Assembly: GCA_037441385.1 (NCBI GenBank)
Contig: JBBISH010000002.1
Coordinates: 32,001 to 96,000, forward strand
DNA: 64,000 nt
Reading direction: 5' to 3'
From: Myxococcales bacterium
Lineage (GTDB): Bacteria; Myxococcota_A; UBA9042
The position numbers and the translations under genes were made by a program. The notes below the pieces were generated by a model that did not search any database, was not told the DNA's origin, and was given only the letters and a program-made list of their open reading frames with translations. Each line of letters opens with the position of its first letter. The stretch's first letter is position 1. Shown here one piece after another: positions 19,856 to 31,437 of this stretch.

Positions 19856-20266
19856 CTAGACGCGGCGGCGCTTGGGCGGCCGGCAGCCGTTGTGGGGCAC
19901 CGGCGTAACGTCGCGAATGGTGGTGACGCGCAGGCCGGCGTTGGTCAGCGCGCGCAGAGCGGCTTCGCGACCGGTGCCCGGGCCCTTGACCAACACCGAA
20001 ACCGTCTTGACGCCGTGCTCCTGAGCGCGCTTGACCGCGTCTTCGGCCGACATCTGCGCGGCGAACGGGGTCGACTTGCGCGAACCCTTGAAGCCACGGC
20101 GTCCGCACGACGACCAGGACAGCGTATTGCCGGCCACGTCGGTGACGGTGACGATGGTGTTGTTGAAGGTCGAGGCGATGTGCACCACGCCGGTCTGCAC
20201 GTTCTTCTTGACGCGCTTCTTGGCGCGCGCGGCCGCCGCCTTGCTCTGCTGGTTTCCACTAGCCAT
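19856..20266 (-). CDS. rpsK: 30S ribosomal protein S11
   Basis: [12 protein letters not shown]...RKSTPFAAQ...[13 protein letters not shown]. Confidence 0.98.
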   Translation of the reverse strand: MASGNQQSKAAAARAKKRVKKNVQTGVVHIASTFNNTIVTVTDVAGNTLSWSSCGRRGFKGSRKSTPFAAQMSAEDAVKRAQEHGVKTVSVLVKGPGTGREAALRALTNAGLRVTTIRDVTPVPHNGCRPPKRRRV

Positions 20267-20312
20267 TCTGATCCTACCCTGGCCCAGTTACGCACTGGGC
20301 CCCGAAAAGCGC

Positions 20313-20678
20313 CTACTTCTTCTTGATGGCGGTGCGACGCGGGCCCTTGCGGGTGCGCGCGTTGGTGTGGGTGCGCTGGCCGCGGACCGGCAGGCCCTTG
20401 CGGTGACGCAGGCCACGGTAGCAGCCCAGGTCCATCAGCCGCTTGATGTCCAGCGCCACTTGGCGGCGCAGATCACCTTCGACCTTGTACTGATTTTCGA
20501 GCACGTCACGGATGCGGACGATGTCGACTTCAGTCAACTCGTCGGCCTTGCGCCCCAGGGGAACGCCAGCCTTGTTGCACACATCCACGGCAACCTTGGG
20601 ACCCACGCCGTAGATCGACCGAAGGGCGATCTCGATGCGCTTGTTGCGGGGCAGGTCCACACCTGCGATACGGGCCAT
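20313..20678 (-). CDS. rpsM: 30S ribosomal protein S13
   Basis: [10 protein letters not shown]...[28 protein letters not shown]. Confidence 0.98.
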   Translation of the reverse strand: MARIAGVDLPRNKRIEIALRSIYGVGPKVAVDVCNKAGVPLGRKADELTEVDIVRIRDVLENQYKVEGDLRRQVALDIKRLMDLGCYRGLRHRKGLPVRGQRTHTNARTRKGPRRTAIKKK

Positions 20679-20771
20679 GAGAACTCTCCACGTGCGCCAC
20701 CAGTTGGGCGGCAGTTACGCGACATCGAGCGACAGAAACCGGTTCGTCCGGCGATCGCCCTCGCGATCGAT

Positions 20772-20885
20772 TCAGCCCTGGCGCTGCTTGTGCTTGGGCG
20801 TGGTGCAAATGACGCGGATCACGCCACGGCGCTTGACGACACGGCACTGATCGCAGATCGGTTTGACGGATGCTCGCACTTTCAT
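20772..20885 (-). CDS. rpmJ: 50S ribosomal protein L36 (zinc-ribbon type); not in supplied ORF track
   Basis: Manual translation [37 protein letters not shown] (37 aa). Confidence 0.97.
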   Translation of the reverse strand: MKVRASVKPICDQCRVVKRRGVIRVICTTPKHKQRQG

Positions 20886-20952
20886 CGACTTACCTGTTCG
20901 TTGACGGCCCCAATCCGGTCTCGACCGACAAGGCCGGCCAGCGGGGCGCACT

Positions 20953-20981
20953 AGTATACACTTGGCGGCTGCGATTGGAAA
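20953..20981 (-). promoter_or_regulatory. Sigma70-type promoter for rpmJ-rpsMKD-rpoA-rplQ
   Basis: TTTCCA-17 bp-TATACT followed by AGTGCGCCCC. Confidence 0.65.
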
Positions 20982-21056
20982 GGCCCTTTTTGCCTCGCGT
21001 CGCCCATGACCGGCCGGGTTGCCCCGTTGGGTCGCCTGCCGCCGGCCCTACCGCTA

Positions 21057-21275
21057 CTACTTGGCGCGGTACGTAATGCGCCCGCGGGTCAGGTCGTAGG
21101 GGCTCAGCGCCACCTTGACCTTGTCGCCGGGCAGAATCCGGATGAAATGCATACGCATTTTGCCGGACACGTGGGCCAGCACTTTGTGGCCGTTCTCGAG
21201 CTGCACGCGGAACATCGCGTTCGGCAGGGGCTCGAGCACCGTCCCTTCTACTTCAATGGCGTCGTCCTTCGACAT
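21057..21275 (-). CDS. infA: Translation initiation factor IF-1
   Basis: [24 protein letters not shown]...[13 protein letters not shown]. Confidence 0.98.
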   Translation of the reverse strand: MSKDDAIEVEGTVLEPLPNAMFRVQLENGHKVLAHVSGKMRMHFIRILPGDKVKVALSPYDLTRGRITYRAK

Positions 21276-21419
21276 TGCCGCTCCTGGGACGGACCCGCTC
21301 CCACTCCGTTCGCCCGCGCCGCACGGTCCTGCCGCAGCGCGATTACCTAGTCGTTTCGCTCTCTTCGAAACTCACCCCGGCGAACCTCCGCCGCGGCGAT
21401 CGACGCCTACCTACCTGTC

Positions 21420-22103
21420 CTAGCCGGCGTAGCCGTGGCGTTGCATCACCATCACCACGGACCGCATCACCTCGTCGGGCTTCTGCGTGCCGTCCACCCT
21501 TTCGATCATCGCGCCGTAGCGTTGCACCAGCGGCGAGGTCTGCAGCTCGAACGCGTCGAGCCGCTTGCGAATCGTCGCTTCGTGGTCGTCGCTACGGTGC
21601 ACCAACGCGCCCCCGCAACGATCGCAGATGCCCTCTACCTTGGGCGGCGCAAATTCCACGTGGTGGACGTTGCCGCAAGCCGGGCAGGTGCGCCGACCCG
21701 ACAGGCGCCGGACGATCGCGTCGCCCGGCACGTCGATGAACACCACCAAATCTGGCGCCAGACCGCGCTCTTGCAGCGCATCTGCCTGCGGAAGAGTGCG
21801 CGGGAAGCCATCCAGCATGAAGGCCGGCGTGCCGTCGGCGCTGCGGCAGTCGGGCTGCTGCACGCGCTCTTCGATCAGGCTGACCATCACGCTGTCGGGC
21901 ACCAACGCGCCCTTGTCCATGAAGGACTTGGCCAGCAGCCCCACCTCGGTGCCGGCCGCCGCCGCCGCGCGCAGCATGTCGCCGGTCGACAGGTGGCACA
22001 ATCCAAAGCGGTCCACCAAACCCTTGGCTACCGTACCCTTGCCTGCGCCAGGGGGACCCACCAAGATGATCTTCTGACTGCGCTTGCCTGCGGTGCCGCT
22101 CAT
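21420..22103 (-). CDS. adk: Adenylate kinase (zinc-finger lid)
   Basis: GPPGAGKGT, STGDMLR, LDGFPRT; CPAC...CDRC lid. Confidence 0.97.
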   Translation of the reverse strand: MSGTAGKRSQKIILVGPPGAGKGTVAKGLVDRFGLCHLSTGDMLRAAAAAGTEVGLLAKSFMDKGALVPDSVMVSLIEERVQQPDCRSADGTPAFMLDGFPRTLPQADALQERGLAPDLVVFIDVPGDAIVRRLSGRRTCPACGNVHHVEFAPPKVEGICDRCGGALVHRSDDHEATIRKRLDAFELQTSPLVQRYGAMIERVDGTQKPDEVMRSVVMVMQRHGYAG

Positions 22104-22112
22104 GGTCCGCCT

Positions 22113-23447
22113 CTACATGATGTCGTCGGTGCGACGGCCGCGCACTCGCGGACCGCGCTCACCGCCGAAGCCTTCGTACGAGCGGGTGATCAAGTGGCTC
22201 TCGATCTGGCGGGCCGTGTCCATGGCGACGCCCACCACGATGAGGAGCGACGTGCCGCCAAAGTAGAACGGCACGTTGAAGTTCTGGGTCAAGAACGCGG
22301 GCAGCACGCACACCGCGCTGATGTAGATCGCGCCGCCAAACGTGATGCGCGAAAGAACCCGATCGATGTACTCGGCGGTCTTCTTGCCGGCGCGCACGCC
22401 CGGAACAAAGCCGCCACCTTTCTTGAGGTTGTCGGCCACGTCCACCGGGTTGAAGGTGACGGCGGTGTAGAAGTAGCAGAAGAACACGATCAGGGCCACG
22501 TACATGGCGTTGTAGAGCAGGTGACCCGGCGACAGGCTGTTGACCGCCGCCACCAGGACGCTGGCATTGGGGAAGAAGTTCGCCAGCGTCGCCGGGAACA
22601 TCAAGATCGACGAGGCGAAGATCGGCGGAATCACGCCGGCCGAGTTGACCTTCAGCGGCAGGTACGAGTTGGCGCCCTGGATGACCTGACGGCCGACCAC
22701 GCGCTTGGCATACTGAACCAGGATGCGGCGTTGCGCACTCTCGAAGTACACGATGATGGCGGTGACGGCGATGATGACCGCACCGATCATCAACAGGATC
22801 GGGATCGGAATTTGGCCGTTCTTGACGAGCTCGAAGGTCTGCTGCACGGCGCGCGGCAGGCCCGCCACGATACCGGCAAAGATGACCAGCGAGATGCCGT
22901 TGCCGATGCCGCGCTCGGTGATCTGCTCACCCAGCCACATGATGAAGGTCGTACCGGTGGTCAGCGAGAGCACGCAGAGGAAGCGGAAGCCCCAACCGCC
23001 GGTCGAAACCGCGCCGCCAAGCGCTTGCGAATTCACGCCTTCCAGCCAGATCGCCAAGGCGCCGCCCTGGATGATCGACAGCAGCACCGTGCCGTAGCGC
23101 GTCCACTGGTTGATCTTGCGGCGGCCGGCCTCGCCCTCTTTGTTCAGGCGCTCGACCGCCGGGACCACCACCGTCAGCAGCTGCAAAATGATGCTGGACG
23201 AGATGTAAGGCATGATGCCCAAGGCAAAGATCGAGATGTTCTGCAAGGCGCCGCCCGAGAACAGATCGAACATGCCCAGCAGACCGCTGCCGCCCCGAGT
23301 GTTCATGTAATCGGCCATGACCTGACGGTCAACGCCCGGCACGGTGACAAACACACCAATGCGGTACACCGCCAGCATGAGCAGCGAAAACAGAATACGT
23401 GCCTTGAGTTCTGGCACGCGGGCGATGTTGGCGACGACGTTCGCCAC
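22113..23447 (-). CDS. secY: Preprotein translocase subunit SecY
   Basis: [47 protein letters not shown]. Confidence 0.98.
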   Translation of the reverse strand: MANVVANIARVPELKARILFSLLMLAVYRIGVFVTVPGVDRQVMADYMNTRGGSGLLGMFDLFSGGALQNISIFALGIMPYISSSIILQLLTVVVPAVERLNKEGEAGRRKINQWTRYGTVLLSIIQGGALAIWLEGVNSQALGGAVSTGGWGFRFLCVLSLTTGTTFIMWLGEQITERGIGNGISLVIFAGIVAGLPRAVQQTFELVKNGQIPIPILLMIGAVIIAVTAIIVYFESAQRRILVQYAKRVVGRQVIQGANSYLPLKVNSAGVIPPIFASSILMFPATLANFFPNASVLVAAVNSLSPGHLLYNAMYVALIVFFCYFYTAVTFNPVDVADNLKKGGGFVPGVRAGKKTAEYIDRVLSRITFGGAIYISAVCVLPAFLTQNFNVPFYFGGTSLLIVVGVAMDTARQIESHLITRSYEGFGGERGPRVRGRRTDDIM

Positions 23448-23694
23448 GGGGTACCTCCTGCGTTCAGGTCCGGCGTCGCGACGGGTGGTTGTACCCGCTC
23501 TGCCCTGACGAATCAGCTAGCCGCTGTTCAGGGCCACTTCGCCGCACCGCGTACTGGCTCATCCGCGTACCGGCTGGGCCGTGTGACGCTCCCCGGAGTC
23601 GTGCCTGTGGCCGGCCGGGGTGGCGCCGCTGCGCCCGTGGGTGAGCCGGTCGACCTTGGGCCAGGCTGAGCCCGCCCTGGCCGCCCGCCCACCG

Positions 23695-24141
23695 TTAGCC
23701 GATGGCTTCGGCCTTGCCGCCGGCGGCCGCGATCTTGTCCGACGCCGACTGGCTGAACTTGCTCGCGACCACGGTCAGCGCACGGTCCAGCTCGCCGTCG
23801 CCCAGGATCTTGACGCCGTCCCAGCGGCCGCGGACCAGGCCCACGGTGCGCAGAGCGGCTTCGTCGACGCGCGCGCCGGCTTCGAAGATCACCAGATCGC
23901 CCACGTTGACCGAGGCCAAGTGAGTGCGGAAGATGTTGGTGAAGCCGATCTTGGGCAGACGGCGCTGGATCGGCATCTGGCCGCCCTCGAAGCCGTTGCC
24001 GACGTCGGGCGACTTGCGGGCCAGCTGACCCTTGTGACCGCGACCGGCCGTCTTACCCAGGCCCGACCCTGGGCCGCGACCCAGGCGCTTGGGGGCGCGA
24101 TTGGCACCGCGGGGGGCTTTGAGTTGGCTGAGCTCGTTCAT
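23695..24141 (-). CDS. rplO: 50S ribosomal protein L15
   Basis: RLGRGPGSGLGKTAGRGHKGQ...FEGGQMPIQRRLPKIGF. Confidence 0.98.
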   Translation of the reverse strand: MNELSQLKAPRGANRAPKRLGRGPGSGLGKTAGRGHKGQLARKSPDVGNGFEGGQMPIQRRLPKIGFTNIFRTHLASVNVGDLVIFEAGARVDEAALRTVGLVRGRWDGVKILGDGELDRALTVVASKFSQSASDKIAAAGGKAEAIG

Positions 24142-24389
24142 CGTATCCTCTCAAACTAACGTACGATCGTGCGTACTTTGACTTGTCGCCCACTCCAGCA
24201 GCCTGCCGGTCGCCGGTGCGAGCACCCCCAGGGCCTTTCGGCGAGCCGACTTGACGACTCGACCGTCTGGGTGCGGGGCCGGAGCTGGACGCCGAGCCAG
24301 GCTTTGCGCCGGGCCGGGCAGTGTGCCGCGGTGCGCGGTGGGCCCAGAGTTGCCTCGCACGACCGCGGCCATGAACCGCGGGGTGCGAG

Positions 24390-24418
24390 AGTATAGGGAC
24401 AGCAGCCCTGCGAGGCAA
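24390..24418 (-). promoter_or_regulatory. Sigma70-type internal promoter upstream of rplO-secY-adk
   Basis: TTGCCT-17 bp-TATACT followed by CTCGCACCCC. Confidence 0.7.
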
Positions 24419-24491
24419 GGCGGCGTGGTCGGCAATCCAACGTGGCGTACGGCGGCCGGTGCCGGGCACCGACTTTCGCTCGCCACGCCGA

Positions 24492-25061
24492 CTAGCCGCG
24501 GATCTCTTCGACCGACTTGCCGCGGCGGCTGGCCACGACTTCGACCGTGCGCAGCTGCTTCAGAGCATCCAGCGTCGCCCGCACCACGTTGTGCGGGTTG
24601 TTGCTGCCGATGCACTTGGTCACCACGTCGCGCACGCCGGCCTGCTCCAGCACTGCACGGACGGGACCACCGGCGATGACGCCAGTACCTTTGCCGGCGG
24701 GCTTGAGCAGCACTTCGCCCGCGCCGTAGTGGCCGATGGCATCGTGCGGAATGGTGCCCTTGACCAGCGGCACCAGGAACATGCTCTTCTTGGCCTGATC
24801 GGTGCCCTTGCGCACGGCCTCGGGAACTTCCGACGCCTTGCCCATGCCGATACCGATGCTGCCCTTGCCGTCGCCGACGACGATCAGCGCGGAGAACGAG
24901 AACCGACGACCACCCTTGACCACCTTGGCGGTGCGGTTGACGGCGATCGTGGCGCTGCCGAATTCGTCCCGCTCGGCCTCGCGCGGCTCGCGGCGCGGCT
25001 GACGGTTCTCACGCTGACCGCGACCCTGATCGCGACCCGTATTGGTATTCTCAGCAGCCAT
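24492..25061 (-). CDS. rpsE: 30S ribosomal protein S5
   Basis: [24 protein letters not shown]. Confidence 0.98.
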   Translation of the reverse strand: MAAENTNTGRDQGRGQRENRQPRREPREAERDEFGSATIAVNRTAKVVKGGRRFSFSALIVVGDGKGSIGIGMGKASEVPEAVRKGTDQAKKSMFLVPLVKGTIPHDAIGHYGAGEVLLKPAGKGTGVIAGGPVRAVLEQAGVRDVVTKCIGSNNPHNVVRATLDALKQLRTVEVVASRRGKSVEEIRG

Positions 25062-25064
25062 GCC

Positions 25065-25469
25065 TTACTCCTGCGTCTCGCCGGCGCTCGCGCCGCTCTG
25101 GTAGCCTTCCTTGCTCAACAAGCCCATTTCGTGGGCGATCTTCGACACCGCAGCGACGCGGCCGGTGTAGCGGAAGCCGTTGCGGTCGAACACCAGCTTG
25201 GTCAAGCCCTTGGCCAACGCGCGCTCGGCGGCCAACTTGCCCACGGCGATAGCCGCGGCGGTCTTGTCGCCTTCCAGGTTGCGCAGCGCCGGCTCGACGG
25301 TCGACGCCGAAGCCAGCGTGGTGCCGCTCTCGTCGTCGATGATCTGCACGTAGATGTGCTTGGCCGAACGGAAAACCGACATGCGCGGCCGCTCGGCGGT
25401 GCCTTTGAGGGTGTAGCGCTGGCGGACCTTGCGGTGCTCGCGCGCCTCTGTGTACTTCTTGATCAGCAT
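25065..25469 (-). CDS. rplR: 50S ribosomal protein L18
   Basis: RPRMSVFRSAKHIYVQIIDD...VFDRNGFRYTGRV. Confidence 0.97.
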   Translation of the reverse strand: MLIKKYTEAREHRKVRQRYTLKGTAERPRMSVFRSAKHIYVQIIDDESGTTLASASTVEPALRNLEGDKTAAAIAVGKLAAERALAKGLTKLVFDRNGFRYTGRVAAVSKIAHEMGLLSKEGYQSGASAGETQE

Positions 25470-25594
25470 TGTATTTCCTCAGCTGCGGCTCCCCTTGCAG
25501 GCGGCGCAGTGGGCGGGACCACGCCGGAGACCTGGCGAACCAGGACTCGATGCCGCGATGCGACGAGTCGGGCTGCAACCGCTGCAGCCGCCGA

Positions 25595-26167
25595 CTACTT
25601 CTTCTTGCCGCCCTTACCACCGGACTTGCCGGCCTTCTGACGAACCTTCTCGTCGCTGTAGCGGATGCCCTTGCCCTTGTAGGGCTCAGGGGTGCGCAGC
25701 GCGCGAATGTTGGCCGCCGTCTGACCCAGTAGCTCCTTGTCGATCGAGGTCAGCTCGATGTGCGTGCCCTTGTCGAGCTTGCACTGGACCGCGGCCGGCA
25801 GGACGTAGTTGACCTGGTGCGAGTAGCCGATCGAGAACTTGAGGGCCTGGCCCACCAGTTCAACCTTGAAGCCGACGCCCAGCACATCCAGCTCGCGCTT
25901 GTAGCCAGCCGTCACGCCCTGGACCATGTTGCGGAACAGGTTGCGGCCCAGCCCGTGCAGCGCCTTGCCCGTGCGGGTCTGCTCGGTGGGGTGCACCACC
26001 ACTTGGCCCTGCTGCTGCTCAAAAGTCACACCCTTGAAGGTGCGCTCGAGCTTGCCGAGCGGGCCCTGAACTGCGACCACGTCGCCCTTGACGGTCACGG
26101 TCACTTTGGCGGGAATCTGCACCGGGGCCTTGCCCACGCGCGACAAAACGATCTTCTCTTCTGCCAT
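25595..26167 (-). CDS. rplF: 50S ribosomal protein L6
   Basis: SRVGKAPV...PEPYKGKGIRY. Confidence 0.97.
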   Translation of the reverse strand: MAEEKIVLSRVGKAPVQIPAKVTVTVKGDVVAVQGPLGKLERTFKGVTFEQQQGQVVVHPTEQTRTGKALHGLGRNLFRNMVQGVTAGYKRELDVLGVGFKVELVGQALKFSIGYSHQVNYVLPAAVQCKLDKGTHIELTSIDKELLGQTAANIRALRTPEPYKGKGIRYSDEKVRQKAGKSGGKGGKKK

Positions 26168-26345
26168 CACACCCTCGGGCCCCTATGATCCGCTGCACCG
26201 CCCTGGGTGCGGGATTCGGCTGGCCAAAACGACCTCGCGCGGCTTCGCGTCTGGTCCAGTCTCACTACAACTCGACCTTAGGGCCCACCCAGCGAGCGGA
26301 TCGCCAGGGCCGCGGCCGACTAACCGTGCACGGGTCGCCGTCGAC

Positions 26346-26744
26346 TTACCAAACGGTGCACAGCAACTCGCCGCCCAGCTTGGACTGGCGAGCCTTGGCG
26401 CCCGTCATCACGCCGCCCGAAGTCGACAGGATGGCGATGCCCATGCCGTTCTTGACGCGCGGGATCTCGGTGACGCCCACGTACTTGCGCTGACCAGGCC
26501 GCGACACGCGCTTGAGGCCCGAGATGGCGCTCGAGCGGTCGGCGCAGTAGCGCAGCGTGATGTTCAGCTTGCCCTGCAGATCGTCGCTGCTCTCGGCGAC
26601 TTCCGTCACATAGCCTTCGTCCTTCAGGATGTTGGCCAGCGAACGAATCATGTTCGAAGCGGGCACGCTCACTTCGCTGTGGCGAGCCATCAGAGCGTTG
26701 CGAACGCGGGACAGGAAGTCGGCAATCGGGTCGGTGGTCGACAT
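26346..26744 (-). CDS. rpsH: 30S ribosomal protein S8
   Basis: TDPIADFLSRVRNA...GIAILSTSGGVMT...GGELLCTVW. Confidence 0.97.
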   Translation of the reverse strand: MSTTDPIADFLSRVRNALMARHSEVSVPASNMIRSLANILKDEGYVTEVAESSDDLQGKLNITLRYCADRSSAISGLKRVSRPGQRKYVGVTEIPRVKNGMGIAILSTSGGVMTGAKARQSKLGGELLCTVW

Positions 26745-26876
26745 GGTCGGTTCTCTCGCGGCACCCTTTGCGCTGGGGGCCATTGGGCACCCCGTGCTGT
26801 GGGGGCCATTAGGTTTCTCTTGCAAGTTCGCCCACAAAGGGGCTGTTCACGCGATGCGGGCGACGGCAGTTGCCGA

Positions 26877-27062
26877 CTACCACGAAGCCTTGGTCACACC
26901 CGGCAGCTCGCCGCGCACGGCCAGCTGGCGGAAGCAGATACGGCACAGCGCGAACTTGCGCATGAACGCCTTGGGGCGGCCGCAGCGGTGGCAACGATTG
27001 TGCACGCGCACCGTGAACTTGGGAGCGCGCTGCGAGGCAATGATTTTCGAGGTCTTGGCCAT
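26877..27062 (-). CDS. rpsN: 30S ribosomal protein S14 (type Z, zinc-binding)
   Basis: RCHRCGRP...LCRICFR...PGVTKASW, 61 aa. Confidence 0.97.
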   Translation of the reverse strand: MAKTSKIIASQRAPKFTVRVHNRCHRCGRPKAFMRKFALCRICFRQLAVRGELPGVTKASW

Positions 27063-27168
27063 GATCTTCTACCTGTTCCGGTCCGCGAGGACCGCGTCGT
27101 TTCCGCTCGCCCGCTTGGGCGCAGCCTTGAGTCGCCCGCCAGGGCGCAACCGTGTGCTGCCAGCCCGC

Positions 27169-27726
27169 CTACTTGCGGAAGGGCATGCCCATCGCGGTGA
27201 GCAGCGCCCGGCTCTCGCCGTCGGTCCTCGCCGTGGTCACCATGGTGATGTTCATGCCGCGGATCTTGTCCACCGCGTCGTAGCTGATCTCGGGGAAGAT
27301 GATCTGCTCTTTCAGGCCCATGGTGAAGTTGCCGCGGCCGTCGAAGCCTTTGGCGCTCACACCGCGGAAGTCGCGCACGCGCGGCAGCGCGGCCGAGATC
27401 AAGCGGTCCAGGAATTCCCACATGCGATCACGGCGCAGGGTGACCTTGACGCCGATCTGCTGGCCTTCGCGCAGCTTGAAGTTGGCGATCGACTTGCGAG
27501 CGCGGGTGACCACGGGCTTCTGACCCGACAGAGCCGCCAGCTGCTCCACGGCGCGGTCGACGATCTTCGGGTTCTGCGCGGCCTCGCCCAGGCCGAAGTT
27601 GATGACCACCTTCTGCAGGCGGGGCACCATCATGGCGTTGCTGTAGGCGAACTCTTTGGTCAGAGCCGCCACGATTTCGTTCTTGTACTTCTCCGCCAGG
27701 CGAGGCGCGTTGGGACGAGAGGCCAT
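27169..27726 (-). CDS. rplE: 50S ribosomal protein L5
   Basis: [21 protein letters not shown]...LPRVRDFRG...FDGRGNF. Confidence 0.98.
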   Translation of the reverse strand: MASRPNAPRLAEKYKNEIVAALTKEFAYSNAMMVPRLQKVVINFGLGEAAQNPKIVDRAVEQLAALSGQKPVVTRARKSIANFKLREGQQIGVKVTLRRDRMWEFLDRLISAALPRVRDFRGVSAKGFDGRGNFTMGLKEQIIFPEISYDAVDKIRGMNITMVTTARTDGESRALLTAMGMPFRK

Positions 27727-27911
27727 GCTGTGTTCCGTACCAAGCTGGTACGGCTCCTTGTGCGGCCGCGCGATCGGCAAGATCGGCAGGCCATTTGGGC
27801 GCCCAGGGCAGCGAGTCCTGTTGAAGACTCGGGGCGCGCATCGCTCCAGCCCGCACCGGCGCACTTGGCCGGCGTCTTACGCACTGGTCGATGGCCAATT
27901 CGTGGCCGGCC

Positions 27912-28241
27912 TTACGCCGGGTCGAGCTGCTCGCCGGTCTTGTGAACCACGCGGACCTTCTTGGGACCGTCGGCCGTCTCGATGGTCTTGAAGCCGACGC
28001 GCACCGGCTTGCCGGTGGTGGGGCTGACCAGGGCGACGTTGCTGATGTGCAGCGGCGCTTCCTTCTCGATGATGCCGCTCGGCTCGTTCTGGCGACGCGC
28101 CTTTTGGTGGCGCTTGATCATGTTGATCTTCTCGACCACGACCTTCTCGCCGTCCTTGGCCATGCGCAGGACCTTGCCGGACTTGCCGACGTCCTTGCCC
28201 GCCAAAACCTGAACCGTGTCGCCCTTGCGAATCTTACTCAT
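27912..28241 (-). CDS. rplX: 50S ribosomal protein L24
   Basis: [23 protein letters not shown] motif; EAPLHISNV. Confidence 0.97.
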   Translation of the reverse strand: MSKIRKGDTVQVLAGKDVGKSGKVLRMAKDGEKVVVEKINMIKRHQKARRQNEPSGIIEKEAPLHISNVALVSPTTGKPVRVGFKTIETADGPKKVRVVHKTGEQLDPA

Positions 28242-28350
28242 CAAAGCACCCTTCTCAGCACCGCTTGCGAATCAACGTCTTGCCGGCCTCTGGCCCGCGC
28301 GCCGCACCGCATTCACGGCAAAAAACCTTAGCGTTCCCGCCACCTGGCGA

Positions 28351-28719
28351 TTACAGGACCTCGGGAGCCAGCGAAACGATCTTCGAGAACCGCTTGGCGC
28401 GGAGCTCGCGGGCCACGGGCCCAAAGATACGCGTGCCGACTGGCTCTTTCTGGTTGTTGATGACCACGGCGGCGTTGCCATCGAACTTGATGTACGAGCC
28501 GTCCTCGCGGCCAATTTCCTTGGCGGTACGGACGATCACGGCCTTGACCACGTCGCCCTTCTTCACCTTGGACTTGGGCAGCGCTTCGCGAACGGAGCAG
28601 ACGATGATGTCGCCGATCGACGCGTACTTGCGCTTGCTGCCACCGAGCACCTTGATGCAACGCAGCTGCTTGGCGCCCGAGTTGTCTGCCACCGTCAGGT
28701 AGCTTTCTTGCTGAATCAT
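28351..28719 (-). CDS. rplN: 50S ribosomal protein L14
   Basis: [17 protein letters not shown]...[12 protein letters not shown]...SLAPEVL. Confidence 0.98.
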   Translation of the reverse strand: MIQQESYLTVADNSGAKQLRCIKVLGGSKRKYASIGDIIVCSVREALPKSKVKKGDVVKAVIVRTAKEIGREDGSYIKFDGNAAVVINNQKEPVGTRIFGPVARELRAKRFSKIVSLAPEVL

Positions 28720-28823
28720 CGCAATCTCCTTGCCGTTCTTGACGGGCTGGCCTCTGCGGGCCACCGGTCACGGCCTTTCGCGCCGCGCCCCGGCAGGCCG
28801 ACTAGCGGACCCCGGGGCGCAGT

Positions 28824-28852
28824 AGTGTACACTCGTTTTGGCAAAAAGGGAA
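28824..28852 (-). promoter_or_regulatory. Putative sigma70-type spc promoter upstream of rplN
   Basis: TTCCCT-17 bp-TACACT followed by ACTGCGCCCC; weak -35. Confidence 0.5.
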
Positions 28853-28883
28853 GGTCGATCCGCAGATCAGCCCGCGCCTTTGC

Positions 28884-29198
28884 TCAGTCGGCCTTCTTGC
28901 GCAGCGTGGTCTTGTAGACCCAGCGCTTGTGCTTGCTCATCGGCCGGCACTCTTCGATCACCACCTGGTCGCCCAGGCTGCAGTGGCCGTGCTCGTCGTG
29001 GGCCATGTACTTGGCGCGGCGACGCACGTACTTGCGGTACTTGGGGTGCAGGAAGATACGGGTGACCGAGATCACCGCCGTCTTCTCCATCTTGGTCGAA
29101 ACCACCACGCCGGTCAGGCGACGACGGTGACGGGCCTCGCCCGCCTCCTCGCCCTGCACGCCCGCGTCGATCGTCTCGGCACTTGTGTTGTCCGTCAT
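28884..29198 (-). CDS. rpsQ: 30S ribosomal protein S17
   Basis: [11 protein letters not shown]...HPKYRKY...[11 protein letters not shown]; acidic N-terminal extension. Confidence 0.97.
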   Translation of the reverse strand: MTDNTSAETIDAGVQGEEAGEARHRRRLTGVVVSTKMEKTAVISVTRIFLHPKYRKYVRRRAKYMAHDEHGHCSLGDQVVIEECRPMSKHKRWVYKTTLRKKAD

Positions 29199-29273
29199 GA
29201 CTTGCTCCTAGCTCCGTATCGGCTTGCCGCTGTCTTGGCGGCTGTGCCCGACCTGGCGACGATTGCGCCTACG

Positions 29274-29489
29274 TTATTCCTGGACCGGCGCCTGGTTGAT
29301 GCCCAGCTCCAGCTCGCGGATGCGGGTCAGGACCCGCGCCAGCTCGCGGCGGGTGGTGCGCAGCTTGATGGGGCTGGCCAACTGCCCGGTGTGGTGCTGA
29401 AAGCGCAACCGGAACAACTCGTCGCGCAAGTCAGTCTCGCGCTTCTTGAGCTCGACTTCGGTCAGCTCGGCAATGACGTGGTTCTTCAT
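29274..29489 (-). CDS. rpmC: 50S ribosomal protein L29
   Basis: [14 protein letters not shown]...RRELARVLT; overlaps rplP stop. Confidence 0.96.
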   Translation of the reverse strand: MKNHVIAELTEVELKKRETDLRDELFRLRFQHHTGQLASPIKLRTTRRELARVLTRIRELELGINQAPVQE

Positions 29490-29902
29490 TGGATCTCTCC
29501 GCGCGAAATGATCTTGCACTTGATCGGCAGCTTGTGGGCCGCGACCCGCAGCGCCTCGATGACCAGGGCCCGGTCATCCGACTGAATCTCGTACAGCATC
29601 GTGCCGGGAAGCACCGACGCAACCCAGTGATCCGGTGGCCCCTTGCCCTTACCCATGCGGGTTTCGGCGGGCTTCTTCGAGATGGGCTTGTGCGGGAAGA
29701 TGCGGATCCACACCTTCGCGTCGCGCTTCATCTTGCGGGTCATCGAGATACGAGCCGACTCGATCTGACGGCTGGTGAGCCAACCGCACTCGGCGGCCAT
29801 GAGCCCGATGTCGCCGTACGACACTTCGTTGCCGGTGTGCGCCACACCGTGCATCGTGCCCTTTTGCACTTTGCGCCATTGTACGCGCTTGGGAGCCAAC
29901 AT
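29486..29902 (-). CDS. rplP: 50S ribosomal protein L16
   Basis: MLAPKR...[24 protein letters not shown]. Confidence 0.98.
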   Translation of the reverse strand: MLAPKRVQWRKVQKGTMHGVAHTGNEVSYGDIGLMAAECGWLTSRQIESARISMTRKMKRDAKVWIRIFPHKPISKKPAETRMGKGKGPPDHWVASVLPGTMLYEIQSDDRALVIEALRVAAHKLPIKCKIISRGEIQ

Positions 29903-29975
29903 GGCTGTCTCCTGACTGCGCCTGCCCTACGGCAAGCGCTTTGAGTTTAGGCCGCTGGGGCCGCGGGCCGGCTAG

Positions 29976-30629
<654 letters not shown>

Positions 30630-30668
30630 GATGACCTCTCGCTTTGATGGTTGCCGACAGGCGGCGCC

Positions 30669-31013
30669 TTACTTCACACCCAGTTCGAGCGTGACATGGC
30701 TGTTCTTCTTGAGGATCTTGGTCGCGCGGCCCTGAGCCCGCGGCGTCCACCGCTTGAGCATGTCCGCCTGATCGACGAACACCGTCTTGACGTAGAGCGA
30801 ATCCACGTCGAGGCCCTGGTTGTTGCGCGCGTTGGCGATGGCGCTGTCGAGCAGCTTGCGCACCGGGGTCGCGCCCAGCTTGGTAATGAATTGCAAGAGG
30901 TTCAGCGCCTCTTCGACCCGCTTGCCGCGGATGCGATCGACGACCACCCGCACCTTACGGGGGGCGATCGGCAGGTTGCGCAGGTAGACCTTCGTCGTGG
31001 TCGTGTCGTTCAT
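30669..31013 (-). CDS. rplV: 50S ribosomal protein L22
   Basis: IAPRKVRVVVDRIRGK...SAIANA...PRAQGRA. Confidence 0.96.
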   Translation of the reverse strand: MNDTTTTKVYLRNLPIAPRKVRVVVDRIRGKRVEEALNLLQFITKLGATPVRKLLDSAIANARNNQGLDVDSLYVKTVFVDQADMLKRWTPRAQGRATKILKKNSHVTLELGVK

Positions 31014-31094
31014 GGCTTGCTCCAACGCGTCGCGATGTTCACTGTTTGGCCGCAGGCGGCACCGCCGCACTCCGACGCAATCGCGAAGATTCGC

Positions 31095-31373
31095 CTACTT
31101 CTTCTTGACCTTCTTGTCGGCCGAGTGACCGTGGAAGGTACGGGTGGGGGCGAACTCGCCCATCTTGTGGCCGACCATGTTCTCGGTGACGAACACCGGC
31201 ACGAACTTCTTGCCGTTGTGGACCATGAAGTTCAGGCCGACGAAGTCGGGGTAGATGGTCGAGCGGCGCGACCAGGTCTTGATCGGGCGCTTGTTGTTGG
31301 TCCGATTCGACTCTTCGACCTTCCCCTTCAGGTGGCCGTCGACGAAAGGTCCTTTCTTAATTGAACGCGGCAT
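31095..31373 (-). CDS. rpsS: 30S ribosomal protein S19
   Basis: [12 protein letters not shown]...[15 protein letters not shown]. Confidence 0.98.
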   Translation of the reverse strand: MPRSIKKGPFVDGHLKGKVEESNRTNNKRPIKTWSRRSTIYPDFVGLNFMVHNGKKFVPVFVTENMVGHKMGEFAPTRTFHGHSADKKVKKK

Positions 31374-31437
31374 GGCGAGTTCCTTGTGCGAGTTCCGCTT
31401 CGGGCGCCCTAGCTAGCAGCTGGGGCCGTGGTCCTGG

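Noticed and set aside
24151..24372. 73-aa ATG-initiated ORF upstream of rplO as a new gene
   Set aside because: No recognisable motif or convincing RBS; not distinguishable from a chance ORF in GC-rich leader DNA
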